From contig NW_026262637.1 in NCBI RefSeq assembly GCF_021869535.1, forward strand, positions 19,778,001 to 19,842,000: DNA of 64,000 nucleotides. The letters are read 5' to 3'. The position numbers were made by a program, and so were the translations under genes. Below are positions 47,842 through 59,873 of this stretch, piece by piece. The stretch is from Mytilus californianus (lineage: Eukaryota). Position 1 is the first letter of the stretch. Each line of letters opens with the position of its first letter. The notes beneath the pieces are model-generated. The model was given only the letters and a program-made list of their open reading frames with translations. It did not search any database and was not told where the DNA came from.

Positions 47842-50800
47842 GTGATGAGGATGCTGACGTCTAAGGAACCAGGTCCCATTCTTTCAATTGTTAACTACAA
47901 CAAACACAAAGGACATACCAACCCAGCAATCTTCAAAGTAGAAGATTTCCTTGTCACCAGACAGATTCAAAATTTGAACACCAAAATATCTGAACTTAAC
48001 CAAGGCCTAAGAAAGAACACAGTCAAAACCAGCAAATACTTCTTTCGAGCAAGGAAAGTAAAAAGAGGAGGTTATAGAAAATCTGTGAACATCTCAATCA
48101 ACAAAGCAGACGGTGTACATCCAGGACCCCTACTTAGCTTAGTCATCACAAAACAACTACTCCTTGATACATACAGAGAGTGCTTCCATATTGCAACAGA
48201 GGCTGAAGAAATACAACTCCAAGTCTCAGAAGAAGAGCTGTTGTCACTATTCTAGTAGCAAAGAAACTGAGGAAAAGAATACTGAAGACAGAAGCTGTAG
48301 TAAAGGGTTTAGGTGAGTTTATCTTATCAGTCTTTACTACATGCACTCAACGATCAGAAGTATCCACATCCTCATACAATTCAAGAACTCAAGAATAAGT
48401 AACTAACAGACAATACACCAAGAACAAATTAACATCACTATACTGTATAAATAAAATGCGTTTCAGCACCAGCTTAATCATCATCATAATCACAATTGTA
48501 AAGTACATAGCTGTAGAAAAAGCAGAAGTAGACCAACTACAAATACTCAGTGATGATGAAACCCAGATCAAACAGTATATAACAGCAAACAGCTTGCTAA
48601 CTGTGATAAAACAGCGCAAATCACCAAAATCAAGACCATACAGATGCAACTCAATATCATCATACTTAATATTAATACTATTAGCAAATGCAAATGATGT
48701 CAACCCAAATCCAGGACCAACACAACACAACAACAGCACAATATACCCCTGCGGCACATGTGACCAACCTGTCACCTGGGACCACAGAGCTGTCAGATGT
48801 GACACATGCGACCAGTGGTTTCACATCAATTGTCAGGACATTCATAGTGGCACATATAGTTACCTCACAGCAGACGAAAACACTGCTTTAAGATGGGACT
48901 GCATTGTTTGCGACAGCCCAAACTACAACTCATTGTGTTACGGCTCAACATCCATCCAAACAGAAAACAGCTTCAGCCCACTGGAAAATACTCTTAACAA
49001 CAGTACTGAAACACAGAACAGAAAGCCACTACATTCGTCAACACCAAAACGAAATAATGTAAAGGAAAAACATAAGCCCTTTACACCATTGCGAATTTTG
49101 AATGTCAACTGTCAGTCTATTAGAAACAAACAACACCAATTTGAAAACATTATAGATAGTACCAAACCTGATGTTATAATAGCAACAGAAACATGGCTAG
49201 ATCAATCAATTACGAACAGCCAAATATTTCCACCATAATATAATATATATCGCAAAGACAGGAAAGGAAATAAAACCGGAGGAGGCGTCCTAATAGCCAT
49301 AAACAACAAATATTTAAGCTCTGAGGTACCAGAACTGGACACAGATTGTGAGATAATTTGGGCACGGATACAGCAGAAAGGCACAAAAGATCTATACATA
49401 TGCGCCTACTATAACCCAAAAACATCGGATGTTGAAAGTCTTCAAGCATTTGAAACATCAGTCAGAAGAACCAACGCAATAAATGCATGCCAATTGATCG
49501 GAGGGGACTTCAATTTGCCAGGATGGAACTGGGCAAACAAATGTCTATACCAGGGAACACAGCACACAGAACAACATTACCATTTTGCAGAAATCCTTGA
49601 CGACAACGGACTAACACAGCTAGTGCAAGAGCCTACAAGAAACAAGAACACTCTGGACCTCTTGATCACTAACCGTCCTAGCAAAATAATGAGAATAGAT
49701 ATCATACCAGGAATATCAGACCATGACATTGTATATGCTGAAATGAACATCAACCCAGTAACAAACAAACAGAAACAACGAAAAATCCCTCTCTACAAGA
49801 GGGCGAAATGGGACAGCATGAAGGAAGATATGAAACATCTACACAACGCTATTCAACAAGAAAGCAATACGGATAGACCAGACATAAATATGCTATGGAA
49901 AATGTTTAAAGACGGTCTTGAAACAAGTACAAACAAACATATACCAGCAAAAACCTGTAAGACCAAAGATAAGAACCCATGGATTACACAGGAAATAAAA
50001 TCACTCATAAGGCGAAAAGACCGAGCATATAAAAAGAAAAAGAAATCAAACCATCCTGACGATTGTGCAAGATTTAAAGAACTGAAAAAGACAGCACAGA
50101 AAAGCCTAAGACAAGCATATTGGAAGTATATTGAAAGTATCATCACCCCAGAGAATCCTGAAGAAACACATGCCCCTTCTAAAAGATTTTGGACATACAT
50201 CAAGCACAGAAAAAGTGATAAAAGTGGAGTGGCACCTCTAAGAAAAAATGGTAGCTTAGAAACAGATCCAATCAACAAAGCAAACATATTAAATGAACAA
50301 TTTCAATCTGTATTTTCCACAGCAAACAACATCAGCAACAGTGAATTCTACAATCAAAATCATATGTCCGACTCACCAGAAAATTACCCTGACTGTAGAG
50401 ACATCCTTATCACAATCAACGGAGTAGAAAAACAATTGAGAAACCTTAACCCACACAAAGCCGCTGGACCGGATAACATCAGACCAATGATACTCAAAGA
50501 ACTTGCCAGCGAAATCGCTCCCATACTTACCATCATATTTAATGTTTCAATGGAGACCGGCAAAGTTCCAGATGACTGGCGGACAGCTACAGTCACACCA
50601 GCATACAAAAAGGGTCAAAAGTACATCCCAGCAAATTACAGACCAATATCTCTTACATGTATTTGCTGCAAGATCATCGAACATATTGTTACCAGCCATA
50701 TTATGAAACACGCAGAGGCAAACAACATCCTTTATCCACTACAACATGGATTTCGAAGTAAACGATCCTGCGAGACGCAACTCTTAGAATGCATTGATGA

Positions 50801-52023
50801 CTTAACGAAGTACCTTGAATTGGGAAAACAGTCTGACCTACTAATACTAGACTTCTCAAAAGCATTCGATAAGGTATCCCATAGCCTGCTCCTACATAAA
50901 CTCAATCACTATGGAATCAGTGGAAAGACCAACAGCTGGATAGAAGCGTTCCTGACAAATAGAACCCAAGTAGTAGTAGTTGAGGGTGAACAGTCAGACA
51001 GAGCAAAGGTAGAATCTGGAGTTCCACAAGGTTCAGTCCTAGGCCCTAGTCTATTTTTGTTTTACATAAATGACCTAGCGAATGACCTAAAATCAACAGT
51101 TCGTCTCTTTGCTGATGACACAGTAGTCTACTTAACCATCGCCTCAGATACTGATTGCCGACACCTACAGTCAGACCTTGATAAACTGGCACTATGGGAG
51201 GAAAAGTGGAAGATGGAGTTTCACCCAGAAAAGTGTAGCGTACTGACTGTCTCCAGAAAGAAAAAGCCAATCAAATGGGACTATGTATTACATGATCATG
51301 TACTAAAACATGAAACATCAATTAAGTACCTGGGCTGCACCATCACAAGCGAACTAGACTGGGGAGAACACATCAACAACATTACCAGCAAAGCCAGCAG
51401 AAGCCTTGGTTTCCTCCACAGAAATCTACACATCGGCTCTAAAAGCATCAAAGAGCAAGCTTACAAAACCCTAGTAAGGCCCCAACTAGAATATGCCACA
51501 ACAGTATGGGACCCATATCATCAGAAACATATTGACCAAATTGAAAAAGTTCAAAGGAGGGCTGCGCGATACGTCACAAAGCGCCACAGAAACAGATCAA
51601 GTGTCACGGACATGATTAATGAATTGGGTTGGAAAAGTCTCCAAGAACGACGCAGAGAGGCCAGGCTCGCAATGATGTACAAGATCGTCAACGACAAAGT
51701 AGCCATCAACAAAGACATGTACCTCCAGAGACCAACCAGAGTATCCAGACATACACAACAGCATGGATACATGGTACAAACAGCAACCAAAGACTGCAGG
51801 AAATGGTCCTTCTTTGTGAACACCACCAAAGACTGGAACAAGCTTCCCCCGGAGATCGCCACAGCACAGTCATTTGAGACATTCAAATCTCAAATGACCA
51901 ACCTTACAAAATAAGATGAACATTTGTTTTTATCCTGTTTTTAACCATGCAGAACCAATTTGCCAGTATATTCAGAAAGTTGAATGTGGGCAGTATATGG
52001 AAGAAGAAGAAGAAGAAGAAGAA
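47842..52023 (+). mobile_element. CR1-group non-LTR retrotransposon (LINE), near full length, (GAA)n 3' tail
   Basis: A-rich ORF1-like remnant at 47842-48255, ORF2 at 48456-51914, short 3' UTR, GAA repeats at 52000-52023. The 5' boundary is approximate and no TSD was found. Confidence 0.9.
48456..51914 (+). pseudogene. LINE ORF2: hydrophobic leader, 2A-like NPGP motif, PHD finger, APE endonuclease, reverse transcriptase; a single in-frame TAA at 49236-49238
   Basis: PHD: CGTCDQ..AVRCDTCDQWFHINC..WDCIVC. APE: NVNCQSI..ATETWL..GGDFNLP..SDHDIV. RT: YRPISLT..QHGFR..LDFSKAFD..GVPQGSVLGP..LFADD..YLG. ORFs 48456 and 49494 share a frame and I found no other stop between them. Confidence 0.93.
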
Positions 52024-52156
52024 TAGGGTCAGTTAATGTGCAGCTCATGCCTAGAATGGTAACATTTGTTGTATGCCGATTAAAAAAACACACAAAGAAT
52101 TGGTTTTGTTACAAATGTAAATGTTAACTTAGTTTTATGCAAAATTTGAAGATAAA

Positions 52157-52253
52157 TTTTGAATTGTGGTACATTACATTTTGAATTGTGGTACATTACA
52201 TTTTGAATTGTGGTACATTCCATTTTGAATTGTGGTACATTACATTTTGAATT
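52157..52253. repeat. 22-bp tandem repeat x4.4 (TTTTGAATTGTGGTACATTACA)
   Basis: Read directly. Confidence 0.92.
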
Positions 52254-54475
52254 TTAAACATTCTGGGTAAGTTTTACTGCTAATTTCCATCTAAGAGTCG
52301 TGTAAAAGTAGCACTGAACTAGGCTATATATATTATTTTAAAACTAGTCTAAGTGACTTTTACAAAATTCAGTAAAACACAGCAATTTAAAGCACGCATG
52401 CTAAAGTTTATAAATTGAAATTAAATTCCTGTTTTAACAATAATTCATTCTAACAAAATAATTCATTCTTACAAAATAATTCAGCATTTTTATTGTGACT
52501 TCTTTTTACAGTTTCAAAATGTTTTAGCTTGATAATGTTTTTTTTAAATGTTGTGTATATCTTATGTATTTGCAGATGATATCTATATTAAACTGAAATG
52601 ATATTATTTCAATTCTTTTATGTTGAAAAATGCACACCATATTACAGTATCTACTGGGCAAATTTAGGATTCATCATTTTTTGTAAGAGCCGGCAAAATA
52701 GCCACTGCCAAATAAATACATATCAAACACAATTATAATCTTTGACAATGATTGATTAATAAGAAAACTGATGAGAAAATAAGGAAAACAGAAACAAAAT
52801 ATAAACATGTTATGATACACAATACAAAATTAACCACATATATGCATTAACAATAAACATCAAAGTTTAAACCCGCTGCATTTTTATGCACATGTCCTAA
52901 GTCAGGAGCCTGTTGTTCAGTGGTTGTCGTTTGTGGGTGTGGTTCATATGTGTTTCTCGTTTCTCGTTTTTTATATATAGATTAGACCGTTAGTTTTCCT
53001 GTTTGAATTGTTTTACACCATTCATTTTGGGGGCCTTTATAGCTTGCTATTCGGTGTGTGCCAAGGCTCCGTGTTGAAGGCCGTATTTGACCTATAATTG
53101 TTAATTTTTATACATTGTGACTTGGATGGAGAGTTGTCTCGTTGGCACTCATACCACATCTTCTTATTTATATCAATGTTATCACAGATGTCAGAGACAT
53201 ACAATTGTATTACATGTCTCTGCAGTTACCTATCTAGAGTCTGATATTTGGGGAAACCATAATTACATTACATGTATGTTTCATTATAATACGTTATTTT
53301 GATTGGTTAACAGCAATCTCGCGTCATTCTGAAAGTATTCTTCATTTCAAAAATGACGGATGTAACATGGTTGTAAAAGCGTTGACCGTGCGCACATTTT
53401 TAGAATGAAGCGCTTCCGCGCTTCATACAAAATGTACTTCGGTCAACGCTTTTACACCCCAATAAATTTATAAAAAGAAGCATTCAATTCTTAAGTGAAC
53501 ATGTGCCTAATCCTGTTATTAGACTTCTTGAACAAACTTTTAATATATGCTATTAAACTTTGGCTATTTGCATATTTTGTATGAAATTTATTAAGTTATA
53601 AATTGTGGATATAACCCGTTTCAAAAATATTTCGTATCGATTGCTGCATACCATAGAAACGTTTTCTCAATCCGGACATATTATCAGAAACAAACGTGGC
53701 ATGAGTAGATTATTGATGTAAAATATGGCAATCTGAATACTCAGATTTGTGGTGTGCCCTTTACGAAAAGCAACTAAATTTTGATAATCAATCATAAAAA
53801 TAATTGCTGACCTTATTTTAGAAAGAAATAACTCACACTTTATTAATACCACGGACATATGTATATTTTTATATACGTCTTGGTTAAAACCAATTTTGAT
53901 TCAAACAAAAGGTTCCCTGAAACTTGTCATCATAAAAAATCTTGATTTTTTTATAGACAAAACATATTTGCTACGTTGAGACAGAGATATATAATATGAC
54001 ATATTGTATAATATGTCTCTGGTTTGTTTGAAATTTTTTTTTCAACCGACATCCCTTTGGGACCGTGACTGACTGACTAACTGTGCTCCTCTTCCTGCCG
54101 TGGACGTTATCCTTTATTCATAGGAGGCAGACTTTATACAGGTGCTTCTAAGGTAGAACGAAAAGAAAAGAATGAAAAACAGCTAGCGTGCCGCTATATA
54201 GACGATGTTCTCTCACTGAAGAATGGTGTCAATTTTTTGCACGCATCTATTGCACCAATCTTAGAGAAATGATGATCGTCAGTAAAGGATACCACAGGTA
54301 CAGAAAATTCTGCTTTATATCTTTACTTACATCTAGAAATTGATGATGAATGTCGATTGAGACCTTACTTTACGGCAAAAGAGATGATTTCAGCCGTTTC
54401 CTATTGTGAACTTTTCATTTTTATGTACTCGGCGCAACTTCCAGCAACGCCGCCTTTATATGGTGTATATATATA

Positions 54476-57400
54476 TGTAGGACTCAAATCTATGGTGGGT
54501 TCCAAATCTATGGCGGATTCCTAATCTATGGTAAATATGACGTCATGGCATCCCAAATCTATGGCAAAAAATTTACACTCCTAATCTATGGCAAGTTTTT
54601 TAAAATTTTCTAATTATGACGTCATGCCATCCCAAATCTATGGCAGATTTTTTACAACCCAAATCTATGGCAAATTTTGTAATTTCCAAATCTATGGCGG
54701 ATTTTTGTTGATTTAAAATCTATGGCAAATGTCGTGCAAATGGAAAACAATGCAGTATATACGACCAATGACTTGTCTAAAACAAATGGAGATAAATGAC
54801 AACGTAAGAGTGTGTATAAACACTAGTGAAATAAACATGTTATAGCTGACTATGCAGTATGGGCATTGCTCTTTGTTGAAGGCGGAACGGTGACCTATAG
54901 TTGTTAATGTCTGTGTTTGGTCTCTTGTGGTGATTTGTCTCATAGCAATCATACATGTCATACCACAACTTCTTTTGTATATTGTATAAATTATAAACCA
55001 CATCATGACAGTAACCAAATTTATAAATGATCAATTTAAAAAGCTTAATAAAGACTTCATGATCTTGAAATGATGTGTCCCGTAAACATAAGCATTTTCT
55101 ACTCTGTGCATGGTCATGTTTAACCGACACATTAACCAAATAGTAAGTCATTAAACAACAAGAAAGCAGTTTCTGTTTGTAAAAAAAATAAACACTTTGA
55201 CTCTTCACATGCTATTTATTTTCTCCTTATCACATCTTTATAATTTGATGACGATTTAAATCAAATTTGTATCCTGTAATTTGATCTGTCACTTTATACA
55301 CTTTTCCAGCAGTAGACGCTGAAATTGAGTCTATGACCCCTTTTCTGAAATATCCTGTACTGAAAACTGCGGTGCCTTTATTCATCGCAGGATTCGGTCT
55401 GTACATCACATTTTGTCCCTCTTCCGGATAGTAGGTAATGTCTTCCCTCAAACCATCGGAAAACTGCTCTAGTGGAAAAGCTGAAATTGTTTCCCGGTGA
55501 ATTTGTTTATAAAAATCGGTGAGTCCAGTGTTAAATATCGGTAACTGTTTTTGATTTACATTCTACAAAAAAAAATAGTCTATAAGTATAAACAAAAAGT
55601 ATATGTTGGCTGAGTGACATCAAATCTAAATTAATAATCGTACATCTAGATAGATATACGAAGATGTGGTATGAGTGCCAATGAGGCAACTCTCCATCCA
55701 AGTCACAATTTGTAAAATTAAACTATTATAGGTTACAGTACGGTTTTTCACACCGAACAGCAAGCTATAAAGGGCCCCAAAAATTACTAGTGCAAAACCA
55801 TCAAACGGGAAAACCAACGCGGTTTACTTATTTTTAGGTTAAAAAAATCTATGCAAAGTATAGCAGTTTTAAAATAAAGTTGATATACTAGTAATAACCG
55901 TACAAAACAAACTAAAATTCAACTTTTACATTTTGCATTTGAATGGTTCAGCATTATTAAAAGTCTTATACATGTACATGTATACGTGCAGTCGCAACAC
56001 TTTTAAAGATTTCTATCAAATGCATCAAATTTTATGTTATATAGGACAATATTTTAAAAAGTACATCATACAGTTACAAACCTATTCTATACAACAGTAT
56101 GTAAACAAAATTATTACATATTACGCTTACATAACGAGCAACAAACTACTAAGGCACAAAGTTTAAAATATAGGACATTTAAAGACAAATCCCAACAAAA
56201 TCACATACCTGTGGATGAACTGGTACATTTTCTTTATTTTGCTCGTTATAAAACTTTCTCTGATACATTTGTTTGTAGTATGGACTAACATTTTCCTACA
56301 AAAAAATAAACAGAATATTTCGTGTTATTTTGTGCACAATTTATCACTTAATATTTCACTGAACAAATAATACATTAATACACATGTAAAAATATTCGTC
56401 TAATCTGTAGGTTATACGGAAACTCATACAACAATAGGTTTTTCTATTTTAAAAAAAAAATATTTATGTATTGGTTAGGAACAAGTACGTACTCTTAAGA
56501 TCTAATGTGTTGGTTTTCTTTCTTCTTCTTTTTTTGGCGTGTGTTGAAAATTATAAACAAAGTAATGCACAAGGCTTAACATACTTACTTGCAAAATAAC
56601 AGTTTGTGAAAATGATGGTTCGGGCACTACAAAATCATTTTCCTGGGTACAATCTGGAGGTAAATTGCCATGTTCTTCATTTACGCCATGGTCTAGAATG
56701 TTCATCGCCTCTGCAAAATAAAAACAAAAACTAATTAATTAATTTACAGTTAAATATAGCTAAGCATATGTTAAATTTGCATTTATTTTTATCACATGTA
56801 AAACGAGTAATTGTATTCATTTTTAGAATTAAATTTATAATTTAAATTTGTGTACTTTTATTAGTTTTAAATAATGATTGATTGTTTGTTGGTTGCTTAA
56901 CGTCCAGTGGCAAATATTTCATGCATGCTCAGGACGATAGCTTTAAGTAAAAAGTTCATGCATATGTGTTTAAATCTTACCATGTAAAGTGAGTTCCTCT
57001 TCATTATTATTTGTACTGGCGAATTGGTTTCCACCTGAAGACTCAGTTAAGGATGAGTGTAGCACATCAACAGATACTTCTGGGAGTTCTTCCTCTGTCT
57101 CATTTTCATCAACATCTAATTCGGCGTGCTCTAAAAAGTCTCGTTCTTCTTTAGTAAGAGAAGCATAAGGTACCTTTAAATACAAAGGTATGTTGAAAAG
57201 AAGATGCTCTTTTTATAATAAAAAATAATTTTCAATTGTTTGGTGTGAAAAAAACCGTTGTTTTGTTGGTTTGTCTTTATTTCCTGACATTCGGCAAGTT
57301 ATAATTTTTAAATAAATCTATAATGTAAAAATCTATCTCAACCGCAAGTTAAAAAACAAATACTGATATGAATAATAACCCTAATCAATTTTTTCTTAAG

Positions 57401-57823
57401 ACACGTCTCAGGATAGCTTATTTACACAGACTAGACTGCATATTCTTACAACTTAAGTCACTAGACGGCACATTGTCACGGTAAGAGACATAACATTGAC
57501 ACAGCCTACGGCTAAAAATAGTACATTTGCAAACTAAGGCGCTATAGTGCACATGACACATTCTATGGTACTTGAATGCACATTGACACAGCCAACAGCC
57601 CTAAAATGTTTAACATTATGTTTTGCAAGTAAACTATTGATCTGATTTCTTGTTTTGCAAGTAAACTATTGATCTGATTTCTTGAAATGATTTTACCCGT
57701 AAACATAAGCATTTTCTACTCTGTGCATGGTCATGTTTAACCGACACATTAACCAAATAGTAAGTCATTATATATTTAAAAAATAGCATTACTTTGGAAC
57801 CCGCCATAGATTTGAGTCCTACA
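54476..57823. mobile_element. 3348-bp TIR element (31-bp TIR TGTAGGACTCAAATCTATGGYGGGTTCCAAA, TA-rich TSD), possibly Ginger-type, non-autonomous, carrying a spliced gene
   Basis: The TIRs at 54476-54506 and 57793-57823 match 30/31, with TATA on both flanks. About nine AATCTATGG subterminal motifs lie at 54486-54730, and the interrupted host sequence rejoins across it. The Ginger assignment is inferred from the TGT...ACA ends. Confidence 0.85.
55230..57173 (-). CDS. Four-exon ORF of unknown function inside the TIR element (57173-56981, 56710-56589, 56295-56209, 55562-55230; 244 codons + stop)
   Basis: All junctions are GT-AG with matching phases (1, 0, 0) and there are no internal stops. The N-terminal part is acidic and low-complexity and the C-terminal domain is beta-rich. 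There is no ATG in the first exon found. Confidence 0.8.
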
Positions 57824-58324
57824 TATATATCACCAAGTTGACACGATGTTCCATAACTTGCATTACCTAATCATGATTAATGATGACGCGAACAATGACG
57901 CTATTAGATCAAGACACGATGTTCCATAACTTGCGTTAACTATCAAGTTGACAGTCGTCCATTCGAAATTATTAGAGATACAATTTCCCATTAAATATTT
58001 TTAGGGAAATATGCGTGAATCTGAAAATACGTGCGAAATTAAACAGTTAAATCATAAATGTCCGGAAAGGACGGTGATGTTTTAGCTAGATCGAAAATTT
58101 CAAGCGTCTGTTTAACATTGAAACTCAAGCAACATGAATATAATCCAAAAACATATTTGTCGATGTCTTTTACAGAAATGCAACAGTGGTAAACACCTCA
58201 GAACATGGCTTATTTAATGCTGCATTTTTATCCATCCCATTGTCCGTAAAACGATTCAAATAAAACAATGGGAACGCAAAATTGTATACTATTTGTAACC
58301 ATAGGCATAGAAGGAAATTATTCT

Positions 58325-58858
58325 AGGTACTTCGGCACCCGGTATTAAATAGTCAATTCGGCACCTTGTCGGCACCCGAGGTAGTTATTTCGGCACCCAT
58401 GTTTAACATTATGTTTTGCAAGTAAACTATTGAATACCCTGTTTTTTGCCTTTTTTAAAAACATTTTCACTCGAGTTAGCATCGTTACGCATAACAGAAG
58501 TTCCAATACACCTTCTCGGTATTTGTCCACCATTACTGGACATCACAATGCAAAGGTTCCTATAAATCCTAAAAGAAAATATCTGACGCCACAATGGAAC
58601 AGTGATTGTTGAATGACGTCAATAGTTTCAATATGTAAAATAAAGAAACGAAAACTACTCTTCCCATACCTCGAAGAAAAAGGGAAAAAACAAAGAAAGG
58701 TAAAAACAATACTAGGTTGCCGAATTGATTAACTAAAAAGTTAATGCCTAAGTCACTTTAGATAGGTGCAGATTTGACTAGATGCTGATTTGACCAGATG
58801 CTGATTTGACCAGGTGCCGATTTGACTTTTTCTATAGGTGCCATTTTGACTTGTACCC
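58325..58858. mobile_element. MITE-like element with GGTAC...GTACC ends and CGGCACC/GGTGCCG subterminal repeats
   Basis: Repeated TTCGGCACC at the left, inverted GGTGC(C/T)GATTTGAC repeats at the right. Confidence 0.55.
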
Positions 58859-58984
58859 CATAGAAGTCCCCCAGAGAACTTATATTGTCTGCTATAAAAT
58901 AATTTGTCGAATAAGTATATGACTCATTTTATCACGTTCATAAACAAAATAAATTCAAAATATTTGTCCTCATCAAATTATCAT

Positions 58985-59495
58985 TTTTATGACCCGATGC
59001 AACAAAGTTGTTGGGGCCATATAGTTTTACCCCTTATCTGTCATTACGCCATTCCGCAACAAACAGTTAAACAGACTTTTTTTCTGAACGCTTTACATAT
59101 TGATAATTGAGCTGATTTTTAGTATGTGAGTCTACTATGATGAGTGACAGATCGCGTTTACTTTTGGTTCAGCTCTGCTTGTTTTTGACAAAACTAAGGG
59201 CTTTTGACTTTGAACATTTCATGAAAATAGTAGTTGTATAGACTTTTTTTTTAAACACCTTCACATATTGAGCTGATTTTTAGTATGCGAGTCTACTATG
59301 ATGAGTTGCAAATTAATTTTACGTTTGGTTCTTCTCTGCAGATTTTTGCCGAAACATTATAGGACTTTGGACTTTGTGAACATTTTGTGAAAATAACAGT
59401 TATACAGACTTTCATTCTCAAATTTCCACTCCTAAAAATGGTTTCAAGCCTTTTTTGCCAGCAGGGCCATCCGTGTCGTTCCGACTCATCTATTA
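58985..59495. mobile_element. HINE-like element with two ~160-bp cores
   Basis: TTTTT plus a hairpin-like start, and a duplicated GAGCTGATTTTTAGTATG.GAGTCTACTATGATGAGT at about 59108 and 59270. Confidence 0.55.
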
Positions 59496-59873
59496 AATAG
59501 GTTATATATAATTAGATATAAAAAATTGACAGGAAATTTATACTTTACAACATGTTGCAATACAGATTTGTATTGTGAGATCTCACTATACAAATCCTTG
59601 CAATACTTAAAAAATAGCATTACTTTTTTTTAGAAATTAAATCAATAAAATAATTTGGAGACAATCAATAATTTTATGAATTTTATAATGACATAATTTT
59701 GAAATAATCAGTTGTAACAGAAGTTAAAAGACTCCTATGTATGAGACCTGATTAGATTTATACATGTATTAGGTGCTTTACCCCCCAAAAAACACAAAAA
59801 AATATGCAATTTCTGAGATTATCATAAAAAATTAAACTGCAATACCAAAATGTGCTGATTAGACATTTTATTA

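Larger units (their letters stand above)
54100..57870 (+). pseudogene. Penelope-like RT remnant (about 54100-54475, resuming at 57824-57870), split by the TIR element
   Basis: Degenerate EADFIQ..RYIDDVLSL..YLHLEID..KRDDFS..PIVNF..YGVY, continuing after the insert as YI(S/T)..L.R. This matches, from recall, the thumb region of Penelope-type RTs. Confidence 0.7.

Noticed and set aside
48389-51886. Antisense and alternative-frame ORFs over the LINE
   Set aside because: Shadow ORFs of ORF2 caused by its A-rich codon bias.
55063-57770. Direct repeats read as LTRs of a small retroelement
   Set aside because: They are only about 91 bp, with no TG...CA ends, PBS or PPT, and the enclosed gene keeps its introns, which argues against reverse transcription.
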